DNA of 64,000 nucleotides. It comes from Candidatus Poribacteria bacterium. GTDB taxonomy: Bacteria > Poribacteria > WGA-4E > WGA-3G. The number at the start of each line of letters is the position of its first letter. Position 1 is the stretch's first letter. The DNA is taken from positions 3,328,001 to 3,392,000 of the forward strand of contig OZ240248.1 of NCBI GenBank assembly GCA_965198235.1. The letters run 5' to 3'. The notes under the pieces are model-generated. The model saw only the letters and a list, made by a program, of their open reading frames with translations. It was not told the DNA's origin and made no database searches. This document shows positions 61,605 to 64,000 of this stretch, in pieces. The position numbers and the translations under genes were made by a program.

Positions 61605-62423
61605 ATGCGAAGTAACCGTTTGTCGAATGCTTATGACATCCACACCGCTGTACTCTCCAATGAAGAGGTAGCGGAAGCGCATTATCTATTGCGTTGTGAG
61701 TGTGCTGAGATCGCGCGGCATGCGCGTCCGGGGCAGTTCGTCCACGTCATGATTTCGCAGGATACAGGAATGTTGCTCCGTCGTCCTTTCACTATCTATA
61801 CGGTGGAAGGGCCCGAGATAACGATGCTCTATCAGATCATCGGCGAAGGGACAAAGCAATTGTCGGAGATGCCGACAGGCACATCTTTACAAGTCTTAGG
61901 ACCGCTCGGCAATACGTTTAATCTTACCACAGAGCCTGAGCCAGCGATTCTTGTTGGTGGGGGTGCCGGTATTGCCTCGCTCATGTTACTGGCTGCTGCC
62001 TTGCGCGAAAAAGATATACAAACGCTTGGATTAGTAGGAGCACAACATCGTTCTCGACTTTTGAGCGTGACAGATTTGGAATCTATCGGCATCGCAGTAC
62101 ATATCGCTACAGACGATGGGAGCATCGGACATCACGGGTATGTAACGGATGTCCTCGCAGGCCTCCTTGGGAAAACCGACTGGTGCCGTCCGACGATTTA
62201 TGCATGTGGACCTCATGGAATGCTCGCTGCTGTTACAAAAATTGCCGCTGACTTTGAGGTGCCAGCCCAAATTGCTATGGAGAATCGGATGGGGTGCGCG
62301 ATGGGGGTGTGTCTCGGCTGTGTTTGCCCTGTCCGAATAGACACGAATCGTGTTGAATACCAACGTGTTTGCACCGAAGGTCCGGTCTTTAATGCTACCG
62401 ACATTGCGTGGAACGTTTTTTAG
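61605..62423 (+). CDS. pyrK: dihydroorotate dehydrogenase electron-transfer subunit
   Basis: PGQFV, LRRPF, GPLGN, ACGP, MGCAMGVCLGC...VCTEGPVF. Confidence 0.85.
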   Translation: MRSNRLSNAYDIHTAVLSNEEVAEAHYLLRCECAEIARHARPGQFVHVMISQDTGMLLRRPFTIYTVEGPEITMLYQIIGEGTKQLSEMPTGTSLQVLGPLGNTFNLTTEPEPAILVGGGAGIASLMLLAAALREKDIQTLGLVGAQHRSRLLSVTDLESIGIAVHIATDDGSIGHHGYVTDVLAGLLGKTDWCRPTIYACGPHGMLAAVTKIAADFEVPAQIAMENRMGCAMGVCLGCVCPVRIDTNRVEYQRVCTEGPVFNATDIAWNVF

Positions 62424-62477
62424 TTGGACGCAAGACGTAAAAGGGACCGTTAAATATCGGCTTCATCTCAGGATCTA

Positions 62478-62654
62478 CAGGCTGCCGTTGTTGCCTGCTT
62501 GCATCATTCTTAAACTGGTTTAATTATAACCAATCTGATTGAGATTGATCGGAAACCCGATTTTTTGACCCTCAACTCGTCTTCCACATTTTGTGAAGGC
62601 ACGAGTTGATGATCAAAACGGAAAAATCGGAGCGGAAACCCAATTGTTAAAAAC
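62478..62654. repeat. GACAACGGA-type element with nested hairpin
   Basis: CCGATTTT...AACGGA-AAAATCGG at 62557-62630 enclosing a TCAACTCGT..ACGAGTTGA hairpin. Confidence 0.75.
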
Positions 62655-63734
62655 ATGGAAACAACATTTTATCAAGAATTAACAACCATTAGCCTCAACG
62701 GCGAGTTTCTTTCCGATGCTACTTGTGAGAAACTTTTAACTGCATCGGAAATAGAATTACTCCCGCTTCTGGATGCAGCGTATCAGGTTCGCAAAACCTA
62801 CTTTCAGAATGAGGTACAACTGCATATCCTCAACAACGCCCAGAACGGCTACTGTCCAGAGGATTGCCACTATTGCGCCCAGGCGAGTTCCGCAACGACA
62901 GACATTGAAGCCTACCCCTTAAAACCTGATACCGAGATTCTGGCAGAAGCTGAACGTGCTTATGAATCCGGCGCGTATCGCTACTGCATTGTAATGAGTG
63001 GACGCGGTCCCTCACCAAAACGAGTCGCTCACCTTGCAAAACTCATCCGCACTGTAAAAGCGCGCTACCCGATCGAAGTGTGTCTCTCCGCTGGATTGAT
63101 TGATGTAGAATCTGCTGGTATCTTAAAGTCCGCGGGATTGGACAGACTGAACCATAACCTGAATACTTCCGAAGCCCATTATCCAAAGATATGTAGCACG
63201 CATAGCTATCAGGATAGGATGGATACATTGCAAGCCGCCCAAACGGTCGGGCTTGCCTGTTGTTCAGGTGTGATCGTGGGAATGGGTGAAGGGATAGATG
63301 ATTTAATTAAGGTGGCAAAAGCACTTCGACAACTTGAGGTAGCCTCACTCCCCGTAAACTTTTTCTTGCCAATATCTGGCACGCAACTGCTGGAAACGCC
63401 TACGCTAACGCCTGATTATTGTCTACGCGTTTTATGTCTTTACCGATTCCTGAATCCGCGGGCTGAAATACGGGTCGCTGCAGGCAGGGAACACCATTTT
63501 CGGAGCATGGAGGTAATGGCACTCTATCCAGCAAATTCGATGTTTATAGACGGCTACCTGAATGCGGAAGGCTCGACAGCATCTCGCACGCTTCAGATGA
63601 TCAGAGATGCCGGGTTTACGGTGAAAACAAACGATGATGATGCGGAACAACTCAAGCAGGAAGAGACAGAAAAAAGAGATGTGCTTCTCAAGGAGTTGAA
63701 AGTACTTCGCCCGCACATGGAATCCGATGCTTAG
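62655..63734 (+). CDS. bioB: biotin synthase
   Basis: CPEDCHYCAQ, NHNLNTS, CSGVIVGMGE, IRVAAGRE. Confidence 0.95.
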   Translation: METTFYQELTTISLNGEFLSDATCEKLLTASEIELLPLLDAAYQVRKTYFQNEVQLHILNNAQNGYCPEDCHYCAQASSATTDIEAYPLKPDTEILAEAERAYESGAYRYCIVMSGRGPSPKRVAHLAKLIRTVKARYPIEVCLSAGLIDVESAGILKSAGLDRLNHNLNTSEAHYPKICSTHSYQDRMDTLQAAQTVGLACCSGVIVGMGEGIDDLIKVAKALRQLEVASLPVNFFLPISGTQLLETPTLTPDYCLRVLCLYRFLNPRAEIRVAAGREHHFRSMEVMALYPANSMFIDGYLNAEGSTASRTLQMIRDAGFTVKTNDDDAEQLKQEETEKRDVLLKELKVLRPHMESDA

Positions 63735-63764
63735 TTTAGGCGGAAATGGTATTAAGGGAAGGAC

Positions 63765-64000
63765 CTAATAGCAGTCGCAGTGTTCTTCCTCATGGATGTC
63801 CATGTATTGTTGGGGTGTTTGAGGTGCTGTTGCTATTACTCCACCACCGGTTTTGATTTTTTCAAAATCAATACGCCTTATGTCTTGTGGAATCACAAAA
63901 TCTGACTGCAACAGATCCCAATCTTTATCGGCAATTGTAACGATTTCATCGCGATAGAAACTTACCCAAACGTCCCCAATTTTAGAGTTTGGTGATTCTT
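63765..64000 (-). CDS. C-terminal part of a hypothetical protein (runs off window)
   Basis: Open frame ...ESPNSKIGDVWVSFY...HEEEHCDCY*. Confidence 0.5.
   Translation of the reverse strand, partial: ESPNSKIGDVWVSFYRDEIVTIADKDWDLLQSDFVIPQDIRRIDFEKIKTGGGVIATAPQTPQQYMDIHEEEHCDCY

Noticed and set aside
55-63716. Short antisense or overlapping ORFs and long 5' extensions in the ORF track (e.g. 51449-52285, 46968-47567, 9322, 27719, 42160)
   Set aside because: They are shadows of well-supported genes or read-through of repeat elements, with no recognisable motifs

Overview
Mostly housekeeping chromosome from a diderm bacterium. Candidatus Poribacteria is inferred from a KLATxWG C-terminal motif protein, a Uma2 gene and a DUF6785-like membrane protein; no search was run. 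Contents in order: 5' part of acsA; a small methyltransferase + PD-(D/E)XK nuclease cassette; envelope and tRNA-processing genes; rimP-nusA-ylxR-infB-rbfA-nrnA-ribF-rpsO-pnp; gcvTHP; trkAH; pdxH; a complex I (nuo) operon lacking nuoI but carrying a VOC gene and an IT-family antiporter; copA; a GT9/GT1 cluster; pyrK; bioB. No rRNA, tRNA, CRISPR array or transposase was recognised. The most striking signal is non-coding. Many intergenic gaps are filled, often from stop codon to start codon, by modular ~180-230 bp palindromic elements (REPIN/MITE-like). Their hairpin stems covary from copy to copy around fixed loops (GDAAY-GWART-GGA or GACAACGGA), and five copies carry a near-identical ~40-nt hairpin cargo at the same loop position. 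All coordinates and alignments were read by eye.
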